DNA from: Octopus sinensis
Taxonomy: Eukaryota
Reading direction: 5' to 3'
Assembly: GCF_006345805.1 (NCBI RefSeq)
Contig: NC_043007.1
Coordinates: forward strand, 70,866,001-70,930,000
Length of the DNA: 64,000 bases
Shown: piece by piece, positions 41,545 to 54,473 of the stretch
Layout of the letters: every line of letters starts with the position of its first letter
Position numbering within the stretch: the first letter of the stretch is position 1
Position numbers and translations under genes: made by a program
The notes under the pieces: model-generated
Told to the model about the DNA's origin: nothing
What the model saw: the letters and a program-made list of their open reading frames with translations, nothing else
Database searches by the model: none

Positions 41545-42030
41545 CATCATCATCATGGTTTAACGTCCGCTTTCCATGCTAGCATGGGTTGGACGATTTG
41601 ACTGAGGTCTGGCGAACCAGATGGCTGCACCAGACTCCAATCCAATCTGGCAAAGTTTCTACAGCTGGATGCCCTTCCTAACGCCAACCACTCCATGAGT
41701 GTAGTGGGTGCTTTTTACATGCCACCGGCATGAGGGCCAGTCAGGTGGTACTGGCAATGGCCACGCTCAAATGGTGCTTTTTATGTGCCACCTGCACAGG
41801 AGCCAGTCCAGCGGCACTGGCAACAACCTCGCTCGAATGATTTTTCACGTGCCACCAGCACAAATGCTTGTAAGGCAACACAAGTAACGATCATGCTTGA
41901 ATGGTGTTTTTAATGTGCCATCGACACGGAAGCCAGCTTGTTGCTTTGGCAACGATCTCACTCGTATGGTACTCTTAGCGCTCCACTAGCATGGATGCCA
42001 GTCATTGAATTTGATTTCGACTTCGATTTC
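41545..42030 (-). mobile_element. RTE-type retroposon 3' region with (GAT)n tail and ~60-bp internal repeats
   Basis: catcatcat-ggtttaacgtccgctttccatgctagcatggg. Fragments also at 12668-12845, 26724-26825, 47545-47690, 62505-62612, 63835-64000. Confidence 0.65.
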
Positions 42031-42503
42031 ACAATGTAGTGAAAAGAACATGCTAACTGAAATAATCCAAATTATATTTTATTGTATATTTTACCAGAGA
42101 GATATGGGTCAGACAGACAATCCATCAGCTGTAAACATAAACCACAGAATAGGAAACGGTAGAGCAAGTTTGATTCACATCAGTGTGATTATGATGTGTA
42201 TCTGGCTTTGTTTAGTGGGGAAAAATTATATTTTAATTTAATAGATTAATTACGAGCAGCTGATATTTATTATAAGTCTCGGCAGTACTATGATATTAAT
42301 ATAATTAATATCTTAATATTGCTCATGATATTTTCAGGAAGTCTAACAGAAAAAGGAATGTTATTCAGACATATTCCACTTAATTCACTGCAATTATTTA
42401 CTACATTTGAATTGTATAAAGAATAAAATTCCATTATTACTGAGAGGGAAAATGATCTAGTTCTTGGAATTAGATTAATTGATTAATTCATTGCTGTGTG
42501 TGT

Positions 42504-42544
<41 letters not shown>

Positions 42545-42592
42545 GTGCGTGTGTGCGTGTGTGTGTGCATGCGTGTGTGCATGCGTGCGTGC

Positions 42593-42623
<31 letters not shown>

Positions 42624-42842
42624 CTTTATTAAAAAGCAGCAAACTCTGAGTAACAGTCCTTGGACTAAAACTAAAACTAGAAAAAAGAAAAAAAACTAGA
42701 GCAACGCCACCACCACCAACAACACAACAACAATAAAACATCAACCAAGCCAAAAGAGAGAGCATCAGAAGTGGACCAATTTGTTTATATGGAATTGGAA
42801 ATGCAAACTGTTCATGTCTCTTTGTTTTCTGTTAGAACCAAC

Positions 42843-42885
<43 letters not shown>

Positions 42886-42893
42886 TATATATG

Positions 42894-42925
<32 letters not shown>

Positions 42926-43031
42926 ATATATATACGGGAAGCTTTATGAAAATAAACAAAAGATGAAGGCAGGTGGAAAACAAACGAACAATTGTATTAG
43001 TATGGCGCTCACGAAATATAAATAAAACAAG

Positions 43032-43069
43032 TCTTTAACGTTTCGAGCCTACGCTCTTCAACAGAAAGA
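43032..43069 (-). ncRNA. Minimal type I hammerhead ribozyme (variant core) in the PLE 3' region
   Basis: Minus strand UCUUU-CUGUUGA-A-GAGC(GUAG)GCUC-GAAA-C-GUU-AAAGA: 5-bp stem I, 4-bp stem II, palindromic ACGU stem III. Core has A6U. Confidence 0.72.
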
Positions 43070-43253
43070 TACACAGAGAGAGAAAAACACAGAAAGAAGG
43101 AGAGAAAAAAAATGCGTGCAGTAGCTAACGAATCAACATGGCGATCTGATTTCGGCCAGAGGTCAAAGATCAAACATGAGACGCGAGAGCGAAATAAGGG
43201 GAGATAATAGGGTTGATAAAAGGGTTGAGGGACCAGCTAATAGTGCGTGGGAG

Positions 43254-43560
43254 GGGTCTGGATGTGTGTATGTATAGGGTTGGTGTATGTATTAGTATGT
43301 ATAAGGGTGTGTGTGTGTGGTGTGTGTGTGTGTATGAGAGAGTATTAGTGCGTAGGATTGGTCTGGACGTGCGTATGTATGGGGTTGGTGTATGTATTAG
43401 TATGTATTAGTACGTATTGGTATGTATAGGTGTGTGTGTGTGTGTGAGAGAGTATAAGTGCATATGCGGGGTCTGGACGTGTGTATGTATAGGGTTGGTG
43501 TAAGTATTAGTATGTATTAGTACGTATTAGTATGTATTAGTTGGTGTGTGTATTAGTATG
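43254..43560 (-). repeat. Three ~105-115-bp tandem units in the PLE 3' region
   Basis: ggtctgga(t/c)gtg..tatgtat.gggttggtgta.gtattagtatgtat recurs near 43254, 43360 and 43469. Confidence 0.8.
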
Positions 43561-43892
43561 GCACATCATATGTGATGTGATGTGTAAAGTCATGTGGTGT
43601 AGTGAGGAGAAGAGGGGGAGGGGGAGAAGAGGGGGAGAGAAGGGGAGGGGAAGAAGAGGGGGAGGAGAAGGGGGAAGAGGAGAGGATGGGGAGAAGGAAG
43701 GGGAGGAGGGGATGAAGGAGGAAAGAGGGAGAGGGGGAGAGAGAAAGGGAGAGAGGGAGTGAGGGAGCAGAGGGAAGGGGAAGAGGGAGGGAGAAAGAGG
43801 GAAGAAGGGAAGGGGAGTAGGGGTGAAAGGATGAAGGACTGAAGAAGTAGGGGTCGGGGGGAGAAAGGATAGGTGAGGAGGGGAGAGGGGGG

Positions 43893-46151
43893 TTAGATGA
43901 GGAGGGGGGGAGAGTTGAGACCAAATGGCGTATAAGAGCGAAGAGAGAAGATTAATTCCTGTTCACGGCGCAAACGGGAATCCGGATGGCCTCTGTGTAA
44001 GGACAAACCGAACACAGATAGGTGTTGCAAGGAGTGACCGGTGGAGCGGAAATGGCGTGAGACCGGTGTGTCGTTCGCAAGGTGGATGTCACGAAGGTGT
44101 TCCGCGAACCGGTCAGCCAAGCGGCGTCCCGTTTGTCCGATCTACAAGGAATTGCAGAGAGAGCAAGAGATGCAATTGCTGGAGGTGCAGGTGAAGGAGT
44201 GGATGATGGGATAGGGTCGATGGTGGGTGCTAGTGAGGCGGGTGTTGTTGGAGAGGTACGGGCAAGTGCGGCAACGTGGGCGGGAGCAGGGGAACGAGCC
44301 GGGTTGGGAGGTAGGGTCAGGGAAGGAGCTATGGACCAAAAGGTCTCGAAGGTTGTGGGCTCGTTTGAAAGAGGGGAGGGGTCGGTTAGGGAAGAGGTGT
44401 GAAGTGGACGGGTCGGACTGGAGATGACGGAAAGCTCGAAGAATGGTGTGTTGGAGATGTAGGGTCGTGGGGTGGTAAGTGAGGGGAAATGGGAGGCGGG
44501 AGACTACAGGGCGGGTTCGGGGAGAGAGAGCAGATACACGGTCCACGGACCGTGCTCTGGCAAGGGCGGTGTGGATAGTGGTGAGGGGGTATCCACGTAG
44601 GGTGAAGTGGTGAGCCATACGTTGAGACTGAGTCTCAAAGTCATGGTCGTCACTACAGAGCCTACGTAGACGGAGGAATTGGGAATAGGGGATGGAAAGC
44701 TTGGTGTGTTCTGGGTGGGAGGAAGAGAAGTTGAGGTATGAGTGTGAGTCTGTGTGTTTGTAGTGAATGGAGGTGGTAAGAGTGGAGTGAAGAATGCTAA
44801 CCGAAATGTCGAGGAAGGAGACAGAGGTGTTGGAGATAGTGGAAGTGAAGTGGAGGGCTGGATGGAAAGATTGGACGAAAGAGAGGAAGGAATCTAGATG
44901 TTCGCGGGAGAGTGAGGTGGCACCGATAATGTCGTCAATATAACGACCATATAGTTCAGGAGTGGGACCAGTGAAATTAGAGAATATTTGGGCCTCAACA
45001 TAGCCAACGAACAGGTTCGCATAGTTGGGGCCCATTCGCGTTCCCATGGCCACTCCCGAGACCTGATGGTAGAACTCGCCCGCGAACGAGAAGCAGTTCA
45101 GAGTAAGGACAAGTTCGGCCAGACGAATGAGTGTGGAGGTGTCAGGTACAGGGTTAGAGCAGAGGTCAAGAAAGTGTCGAAGGGCCTGCAGTCCTTCGTG
45201 GTGAGGGATAACAGTATAGAGGCTTTGGATGTCCATAGTAAAAAGGATTTTGGAGGAGCCGGGAGGAAAGGAGAAAGAGTTGAAAAGCCGGAGAGCATGG
45301 TTGGTATCGTGGATGTGGGAGGGAAGAGAGGCCACTAGGGGGGCAAGGACACGGTCGAGGTATTTAGAGATGAGCTCCGTGGGGCAGTTACAGGCGGAGA
45401 CGATGGGGCGGCCAGGGTTGTTGGGTTTGTGGATTTTGGGGAGGAAGTAAATGGTGGGGGTACGTGGGGTTCGCACAATTAGGTTGGATGCGGTGCGGGG
45501 GAGACGGGAGGACGAGATGAGGTCTTGGACAGTAGAGGATACCGTCTGTTGGTAGCTACGTGTGGGGTTAGAGGGCAGAGGGGAATAGAAGGAGGTGTCA
45601 TTGAGTTGGCGGAAAGCCTCGGCCCTATAGAGGTCCGCGCGCCACACCACTACAGCTCCACCCTTGTCAGCCGGTTTGATGATAATGTCAGCGCGCCGTT
45701 GGAGGGAACGAAGAGCCAAGAGCTCAGCCGGGGAGATGTTGAGGCGGCGTTGGCGCCTGGAGAAGTTGAACCGCTCCAATGCACGCTGACAAGCGCCCGC
45801 GAAAAGATCCACTGCTAGGATCTGGCCAGGGGCAGGCGTCCACGGGGATGGTCGGCGGCCCAGGCCAGTGAAGCAGTCGTCCTCTTCGTTGGGTGTGGGT
45901 GGCGAGTCGTGGTAATGCGCACCCAACCGGACACGGCGCACAAAGCTGTGGACATCAACTCGCGTCTGGAATTCCTTACAGGATGGAGTGAGGGGGATGA
46001 AACGCAGACCCCTACCAAGGACGGAGCGTTCAGCCGCAGAGAGGGGAAGATCGGGGGGAATGGTAACAACAGACGGAAGTGGAGAAGGGGTGGCTGGAAT
46101 AGAAGTAGACCATACTCTCACACACACAGAGTAACGCCAGCCCCACCACAA
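43893..46151 (-). pseudogene. PLE RT-GIY-YIG polyprotein frame with one in-frame TAG at 44144-44142
   Basis: Track ORFs 44142..46151 and 43893..44120 are the same frame: ...CISCSLCNSL*IGQTGRRLADRFAEHLRDI... Confidence 0.9.
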
Positions 46152-46278
46152 GAGGTAGTAAATCTATTAGCTACTTAACAAAAGACATAACAATTATGTG
46201 TGTTTGTGCATAAAAACAGAGAGAAAAAAAACTAGGAGGGTGTTGAAAGTCAGCCAGGAACACAGAATATTCATCTGC

Positions 46279-46322
<44 letters not shown>

Positions 46323-47924
46323 TGATTTGTATTATATAATTGTATATATATGTGTTTGTGAGTGCGTGTGGAGATTTGTATTTGTATATGATAATATATA
46401 AAAGTCCCTTTCTCTCTCCACACACACAGATGTAATAGGTAGCTGGCGTGGTTGTGGGGTTTGGGAGTTTGCTTCTCAACCAGATGGTTTTGAGTTCAGT
46501 CCCAGTGTACGACACCTTTGGTTAATGTCTTTTATTATAGCTCTGAGCAGATCGAAGCTCTCTGAGTAGATTTTGAAGATGGAAACTGAAAGAAGCTCAT
46601 CATATTTGTGTCTCCTTGTCCTAGTGTTGCATAAAGGTTGTAAATTGATATCAGAATTACACAAGTGGTGTTTGTTTATTCTGTGAAAGCTTGTCTGGTC
46701 ATGGGGAAATACTACCCAACCTGGAAACAGAGTGAAGCTTGGTGATGACGAGCAGGGCATCCAGCTGTAGAAAATCTGCCTCAATAAATTCTGTTCTACT
46801 CATGCAAGTATGGAAAAAATAGGCATTAAAACAGTGATATTGATGATGATGATGATGATGATGATGATAATGGTGAGGTGATAACAATGATGAGGGTGAC
46901 AACGATGATGATGACGATGATGATGATGATGATAATGGTGATGATGAAGATGACAGTAATGATGATGATGATGGTGGCGATGATAACAACGGTCATGATG
47001 AGGATGATGAAGACAATGTTGATGATGATGATGACGGTGATGATGATGAAGACAGTGTTGATGATGATGATGATGATGTGGTGGTGATGATGACGATGAC
47101 AATGACAACGATAATGAAGATGATAATAATAATGATGATGATGATGATGATGATGATTCTCTTTTTACTTATCTGTATGTGTATTTAGGTTTAAGTGTAT
47201 GTTGTAAGGCTTTGATGTAATGACTGTTTGCACCAATGTGTATTTTAGTGTGCAAGTGTATCTCCATGGACTTGTGCATGTGTATCATTATTATTGTTGT
47301 AATATAGATAGGTATACATCTATCTGAATATAGCTGAAATAATCTATCTCTATGCTTGTTTGTGTGTATATTTGAGTGAATAGGTGCAGGAGTGGCTGTG
47401 TGGTAAGTAGCTTGCTTACCAACCACATGGTTCTGGGATCAGTTCCACTGCATGGCACCTTGGGCAAGTGTCTTCTACTATAGCCTCAGGCCAACCAAAG
47501 CCTTGTGAGTGGATTTGGTAGACGGAAACTGTAAGAAGCCCGTCGTGGGCATCCAGCTGTAGAAACACTGCCAGATCAGACTGGAGCCTGGCGCAGCCTC
47601 CTGGTTTCCCAGACCCCGGACGAACCGTCCAACCCATGCTAGCATGAAAAACGGATGTTAAATGATCATGATGAGGAGGATGATGATGTATGTATGTATA
47701 TGTTTGTGTGTCTGTGTTTGTCCCCTCAACATTGCTTGACAACCGATGCTAGTGTGTTTACGTCCCCGTCACTTAGCGGTTCGGCAAGACAGACTGATAG
47801 AATAAGTACTAGGCTTACAAAGAATAATTATAGGGTCGATTTGCTCGACTAATGGCGGTGCTCCAGCATGACCACAGTTAAATGACTGAAACAAATAAAA
47901 GAATAAAGAAAGAATAAAAGAATG

Positions 47925-48205
47925 TGTGTGGTTAAGTGGTCAGGGTATTTAGCTCACAATCGCAAGGTCACGAGTTTGATTCCTGACAGCTCATTCTATC
48001 CTTGAGCAAGACATTCAGTTTCACGTTGCTACAGTCCACTCAGCTGGCAAAAATGAGTTGTACCTCATGCTGAATTTCTCTGAAAACTATGTCAAGGACA
48101 TGCGTGTCTGTGGAGTGCTCAACCACTTGCATGTTAATTTCATGAGCAGGCTGTTCTGTTAGAACCTCATCAACTGGAACCCTCATCATAACTGATGGGA
48201 TGCCA
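47925..48205 (+). mobile_element. tRNA-derived SINE, head D with tail X
   Basis: ccttgagcaagacatt...cagctggcaaaaatgagttgtacct, followed by tail X. Confidence 0.7.
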
Positions 48206-49082
48206 GTTTTTATGTATTTTAATGTAGTCTATGGATGTGTCTGGATTTTAGTCCCTCATATATGTATGCTTGTAATCATGTATTGTTCTTGCTTAGTACA
48301 AACTTAATCTTGACAGAAGTGATATTTCTGATCAAAGGTAATCCAATTATGACCATCCTTTCTTTTTCCTTGGTATTTTAAACCCAAAGACTTCTCTTCT
48401 GAGGCTGTAAATTATGAATGAAGAGTGATTTGGCTGCTATTTCTTGCAGATTGAGTGTTATTTGTGCTTGTATGTGTAGAAGTTTGTGTCTAGGAAATAT
48501 TTAGTAGTAAGATGCTAGTTGTCTTAATTTTAAATTCCTTATCTCTTGGGAGAAAAAAAAACTTCAAATTCAGTGCACCCAATTAACTTTTATTCTAGGA
48601 AGGACATTAATGTATATTTTTAGTTCCAGTTACTGTCAGGAATCAGTAGTAAATCTTTGGGGATTTAGCAATTGTGATCAGACATATTTTCACAGAAGAC
48701 TGAAAACGAACAACATAGCCTGTGTAATGACTTTCATATGGTGGCTTCCTACCAGAGTAGAATTTTTGTTTAATTGATTAAATCCACAAGTTTCAAGGTC
48801 AAGCTCCCAAGGAGTGTAAGGTTGTTTTGTGTGTGTGTGTGTTGTATTGGTATATATATATATATATATATATATTAGTTATCTTTTCTTTTGCATATTT
48901 CTTATCCATACACATACACACACACACACACACACATATATCTGTAAATGTAATATATGACAATTAGTCACATATTACATTTACAGATAAATTCCTCTAT
49001 TTACATAATATCGAGGTCTCTTTCATTCTTTTGTTGTCTTACCATTACTATCACTATCAATATACCCACATATGCAAATATA

Positions 49083-49136
<54 letters not shown>

Positions 49137-50492
49137 AATAATATATATATATATATATATATATGCATATATACATACATATATGTACATACTTACATCT
49201 AGAAGTATTTATATATATATTTGCATATGTGGGCACAGGATGTCACAAAACGTGTATAACAAAAAAGTACGAAGTACAAGTACATGGAACATGAACCATT
49301 CTTTCAAACAACGAAATATACAAATGGAAAACAAAACAAACAACATAAAGAACGACCCTTCATCAGTTGTTGGCTGTTTTTCTAGTCTTGTATTTTGAGC
49401 ATTTAACAACAATATATGCTTTTGATAAAACAGTTGCTCCCGCAAAGCAAATTAAATAAAATTTGGGATTTTGCGGAGGGTCAAAATTGGTAATACAAAC
49501 AGGATTGTGAAAACAAACAGGAAGGGTTGCTAAGCCTACACGAGGTTGTGGTTACGAATGTGTAAATCAAGCTAGGACAGGAGACAAACAAGAACAAGTC
49601 ATCCTTGTTCTAGCTACAATGGAGAGAAAGAAAGAAAGATGGCCGATGATCACGTGGGAGCCACGTGAGCAAGAGAGAAGGAGTAACGGAGGTTTTCACT
49701 CTCCTGTCTGTGTGACCAATTTTGACCCTCCGCAAAATCCCAAATTTGTTTGGTGAATTTCAACTGAAACTCGATGGACAAGTTTACTGTATTTGAATAC
49801 CTGGCCTGTTGGGACCTTTTTTTAAATTTGATCCTCAGTGATTAATAAATTACTTTGGGGTTACTTAGTGTACATACTTGGGGAGCTGAGAGACATCTTC
49901 CTTCTTTTTTTTGTGATAAGATTCTCTGAATATTGTTACATAGATATTAAAATGACGAGTTGGTAGAATCATTAGCATGGCAGGCAAAATGCATAGCAGC
50001 ATTTCGCCCTTCTTTACATTCTATTCAAATCCGAGGTTGGCTTTGCTTTTCATCCTTTCGAAGTCAATACAATAAGTTCCAGTTGAATACTGGGGTTGAT
50101 GTAATTCAATAGCTCCCACCTCTGAAATTGCTGGCCATATACCAAAATTTGAAATTGTTATTTCATAAACATTCAATCAGATAAGATGTTGTGGGTAAGT
50201 GATAAAGTTGCTTGACTCTAGCAATTAACTCAAAGTTTTAGCTCTAGATTAATTATTTGACTGTCTTCTTGATTAAAGTTTGTTGTCCATTTTCTGTATA
50301 AATATCCAGAATCGTAATACTTCATAAATATCCAAATTGGCATCAATTTAAAAATATTTTTCTTTGTTTTAATCTTTTGGTTCATTTAGTATTTTACCAA
50401 TATTTTTATCCCTGTGTGTTTTATGTAAATTTTATTTTGAAAATTCAAATGTATTTCCAAATATTTTTGCCAATTCCTTAACAAAACTTCAG

Positions 50493-50555
50493 ACATTCAC
50501 TGGATCCATCTTAGTAGCTGTGAATCCTTATAAAAATTTACCGATTTATGAAGAG
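50493..50555 (+). CDS. Unconventional myosin motor domain, first exon found (TFTGSILVAVNPYKNLPIYEE)
   Basis: cttcAG acceptor at 50491-92 and GTAAGT donor at 50556. The 63 nt encode the conserved myosin T(Y/F)TGSILVAVNPY motif. Phase 0/0. Too short for the ORF track. Confidence 0.93.
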
Positions 50556-50943
50556 GTAAGTACAATTAAATCTCTATTCTTGTCTATAGGATTATCAGTT
50601 TATAGATTGGTAATCTCATTTTTAGGAATAAAACATTTAAAAAAACTATTTACTTTTCTATTGATTACCTAATGATAATCAGAGATCAAACTAACCAAGA
50701 CAGAGATCAATACTCTGAAAAAAAAAAACAAAAAAAATCTTTGGCTGACCTCCATTAAGATACACTTACAGAGTGAAAATGATATTTTATGTAGCAATTA
50801 TTCTCTTGGTATGATATATAATTGCCCATGGGCATATGGCGTAGTGGTTAAGAGCGTAGGCTACTAACCCCAAGATTCCGAGTTCGATTCCAGGCAGTGA
50901 CCTGAATAATGATAATAATAACAACAACAACCATTTTTTAGTG

Positions 50944-51200
50944 AAGGTGCATGGCATAGTGGTTAGGGCGCCAGCATCATGACCGCAAGATTGTGGTTTT
51001 GATTCCTGGACAAGGCGATGTGTTGTGTTCTTGAGCAAAACACTTCATTTCATGTTGCTCCAGTCCACTCAGCTGGCAAAAATGAGTAATACTGTGATGG
51101 ACTGGTGTCCCATCCAGCTTGGGAACACATACGCCATGGAAACCAGGAAACTGGGTGTATGAGCTTGGCTAGGCTTTAAAAGGGCGCATTTATTTTTTAT
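50944..51200 (+). mobile_element. tRNA-derived SINE, head D (V-domain-like) with tail Y
   Basis: tgtgttcttgagcaaaacactt...ccactcagctggcaaaaatgagtaa. Other copies at 9544-9770 and 53745-53975(-). Confidence 0.78.
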
Positions 51201-52873
51201 TTTATGATATATCATATTATCATATAGGTGTTGTTGTGCATGATGTTGGTGGTGAATGGAAACATCTTTCTTGGGCTGCATGTAAAATGACAAACAACAC
51301 TCGTAAATAATTAACAGAAGCTTTATTTACTGCACATATAATGTTTTCTGTGTTGGCCTTTGGATGAAAAATCAAAGCAACAGTTGCATCCAGAGAGAGA
51401 TATACTACTGGGAGCTATGACAAACTACCTATCAGTCTGTGACTGGTCATCACAACTAGAAAAATAATCATGCAATGTTCGTGATGGTAGAATCTGTACC
51501 TTCTATCTGCAACAGTTGATGAATGAAATGAGAATGGAGACATTAACCCTTTTGGATTTTTTAACCAGCCATATCTGGCCCAAATATCCTACCTGTTTTA
51601 CAATCAAATCAGCTAGATTCCATCTATTTCTTTATTGCCCACAGGAGGCTAAACATAGAGGGGACAAACAAGGACAAAGTGATTAAGTCGATTACATCAA
51701 CTCCAGTGTCTAACTGGTACTTATTTAATCGACCCCGAAGGGATGAAAGGCAAAGTCGACCTCGGTGGAATTTGAACTCAGAACATAACGGCAGCCGAAA
51801 TACCACTAAGCATTCCGACCAGTGTGCTAACAATTCTGCCAGCTCGCCGCCTTGATTCCATCTATCATACCAACCCTAAAATGTCATTCTAAAAATATGC
51901 AATAATATCATTAAAATCTTGAAGCTATAAGATAATACATGATTATGATTATTCAAAACAATGAGAATAAATAAGCATTATATTTGACAAAATATTCTGA
52001 ATGTTAAAGAGTTAAAATGGCTGCTTCAACATTCTGAAGTTGTTGCCAAAAACCCACCTATTTATAAAACTCATTAGTAAGTTCTAGAAAGTCCCATCAC
52101 ATGATGGCTTGATGCTGATTGGTTAGTCAGCCAATCAAGTGAAATGACAGCAATCTCCCTGCATAGTTATCCAGCGATTTGGTTTTGAATCTGCTGCTGT
52201 ATGAAATATCTTATATCCTTTGATATTGCTTTCTTAAATAGAATCATATAGTGTGGTCCGGTGACATTTAATATTTAAAATTTATATTGCAAATGTTGAA
52301 CATTGTGAGCTTACAGATTTCCAATGGTTCAGTCACTGGATCATTGTATTTTCTGATGGTGAAAGTAACAACAGACTGGCTGTAACTCAGTGCAGAACAA
52401 ATATCACAAAGGATTTTGTCCTAAAAAGCACCTTTTTTCTTTCATTTTCTTACCAATATTTTGACACACACACACATGCATGCATGTGCGTGCACACACA
52501 CATACACACACACACCAAACCACTCACAAGGCTTCAGTCAGCTTGAGGCTATAGTAGAAGAGGCTTGCCCAAGGTGTCATTCAAGAGGACTGAACTCAGA
52601 ACCATGCAGTTGGTAAGCAAACTTCTTACCTCATTGCCATGCTCATACCTAGAATTATTTAATGTAGTATTTAATCTTCTAGTTAGTCATTTTGTACGAA
52701 GTGATACAGTCAAAGTGAATTGGTCAAGGAGATTGGGTTGGTTAATGAGAGTTGGGAGTTCAATTCCATGGCTGCTATTCCAATATGTTTCTGGATAAAA
52801 ACAGATTAGTCTCTACTGCAATCAGTTCCTATAACTGTTGGAAATTTTACTTGCCACAGACCAGTGTCATATC

Positions 52874-53387
52874 TACTGTAAATCCTTGAGTATAATCTGC
52901 ATTTTTCCCCCAAAATTTAAAGGTCAAAATCCTTATATACGAGGTTAAAAGTGAAAAATATTTTCTAAGCAATGTCCGAGTCTCTATTTGTTGTCCGGCA
53001 ATGTTTATTCAGACACATTTTGTGATGTCGGCTGCGAAAATACCTTAAGCTAAACCTGAAAGCAATGAAGTCATAAAAGAATCATCCATAACTTTCAGTA
53101 AGCAACATTTATTAAAAATAAAAGTATTCAGAACACGGAATAACATGTAACAAAAACAATTTGCAAACATATTTACATTCCCATATAATAGTGAAGAACA
53201 TCACCCTTATTGTATTACGCAGGTGCAGAAGGGTTTGTTCGACTAGATGTTGCTGGCTTAATTATGCACAACTCTAGTTAGAGGAGTGCGTATTATACAC
53301 AAGGTTTAGGTATTTCAGAGGTACAGCCCCCTAAAAATCCCCTGTGTATTATACTCACGAGTGGACTATACTCGAAGATTGACGGTA
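52874..53387. mobile_element. pogo/Tigger-like MITE
   Basis: TA-flanked imperfect TIRs tactgtaaatccttgagtata / tatactcgaagattgacggta. Confidence 0.7.
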
Positions 53388-53489
53388 GTCTCAAAATTGT
53401 CTCTTATCAGTTTAATGCTTGGAAAGTAAAAATAAGTTCTGGTTATTAAGTAATATATATTAGTGACAGAGGCATTATTAATACTGAAA

Positions 53490-53672
53490 GGTAATATTTA
53501 TCTCTACTTAAACGTGGATGTTCTGTTGGAACAAACTATACTGTGGCAGATATCATGAGACAAGAGTGCATTTTACACCCAAAGCCAATATGAGAGTTTT
53601 TCTCTATGGTATCTATCACAGTATAGTTTGTTCTAACAGAACAGCTACGTTTAAGTGGGGATAAACATTACC
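53490..53672. mobile_element. Small fold-back MITE with ~67-bp imperfect arms
   Basis: 53490-53556 is the reverse complement of 53606-53672 with about 9 mismatches, mostly transitions. Confidence 0.7.
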
Positions 53673-54325
53673 CCTGGTCATTGAATGTTTAACAAGGCAT
53701 TAATTCCTAAGAGTCAGAGTCAATGAACTTTAAAAAATAAATGCACCCTTTTAAAGTCTAGCCAGGCTCATGGGCCCAGTTTCCCGGTTTCTATGGTGTA
53801 TGTGTCCCCCAGCTGGATGGGATGCCAGTCCATTGCAGTGTTACTCATTTTTGCCAGCTGAGTGGACTGGAGCAACGTGAAATGATGTGTTTTGCTCAAG
53901 AACATGTGTCGCCCGGTCCAGGAATCGAAACCAGAATCTGACGATCATGGTGCTGACACCCTAACCACTAAGCCACGTTTGTGACATATTTTAACTTCTA
54001 AAAGCAAATTTACTGCTGTTACTGTGGAAAAAGAAAATTCGTAAAACCCCATATCTGCCCAGTACTTCCCTCTAGCAAATTCCCAGACATGCATTTCTGG
54101 CTCTGTAACCTTCCTCAGTAGGAAATACCAAAGAGAGATAACCCTGGGCAGATTCAAAGCTATAGCTTTAACTAAAAAACAATCAACATCAGTGTGTGAG
54201 TTGCACTTTGCATTCATTTGTTTTATCAAACATTATAATCTACCTTGGTAGATATTGAATATACAACATGTAATTGTAATCAAGTATTTCCATGTTAACT
54301 AAATTTCTATGTGTTTTGATTGCAG

Positions 54326-54469
54326 AAAGATGTCCAAGAATATAGCGGCAAGAAGTTAACTCAGGTGCAACCTCATGTTTTTGCCATATCTGAGGCTGCA
54401 TTTCAGCATCTTCGTACATCTGATGACAATCAATCTTGTATCATAAGTGGAGAGAGTGGTGCTGGAAAG
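54326..54469 (+). CDS. Unconventional myosin, P-loop exon (KDVQEY...PHVFAISEAAF...NQSCIISGESGAGK)
   Basis: tgcAG acceptor, GTAAGT donor at 54470, 144 nt in frame, Walker A motif GESGAGK. Confidence 0.97.
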
Positions 54470-54473
54470 GTAA

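Larger units (their letters stand above)
42935..46110 (-). mobile_element. Penelope-like retroelement (Neptune-type), 5'-truncated
   Basis: RT motifs (IIKPADKGG, FLPKIHKP, GVAMGT, RYIDD), IPYSQFLRLRRLCS, C-x4-C-x2-C linker, GIY-YIG remnant. Long 3' region with pyrimidine tract, tandem repeats and hammerhead. 3' end abuts (TA)n. 5' boundary approximate. Confidence 0.93.

Noticed and set aside
44082-46178. Plus-strand ORFs of 66-116 aa overlapping the PLE
   Set aside because: Antisense shadows of a GC-rich coding frame; no recognisable motifs.
50830-50905. tRNA-like sequence with an apparent ACT anticodon loop
   Set aside because: Broken anticodon and acceptor stems and an (AAT)n tail: a tRNA-derived SINE head, not a tRNA gene. 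The same applies to the other SINE heads.
53402-53416. 15-nt match (tcttatcagtttaat) to U2 snRNA as recalled
   Set aside because: The flanks do not continue the U2 sequence; likely chance.
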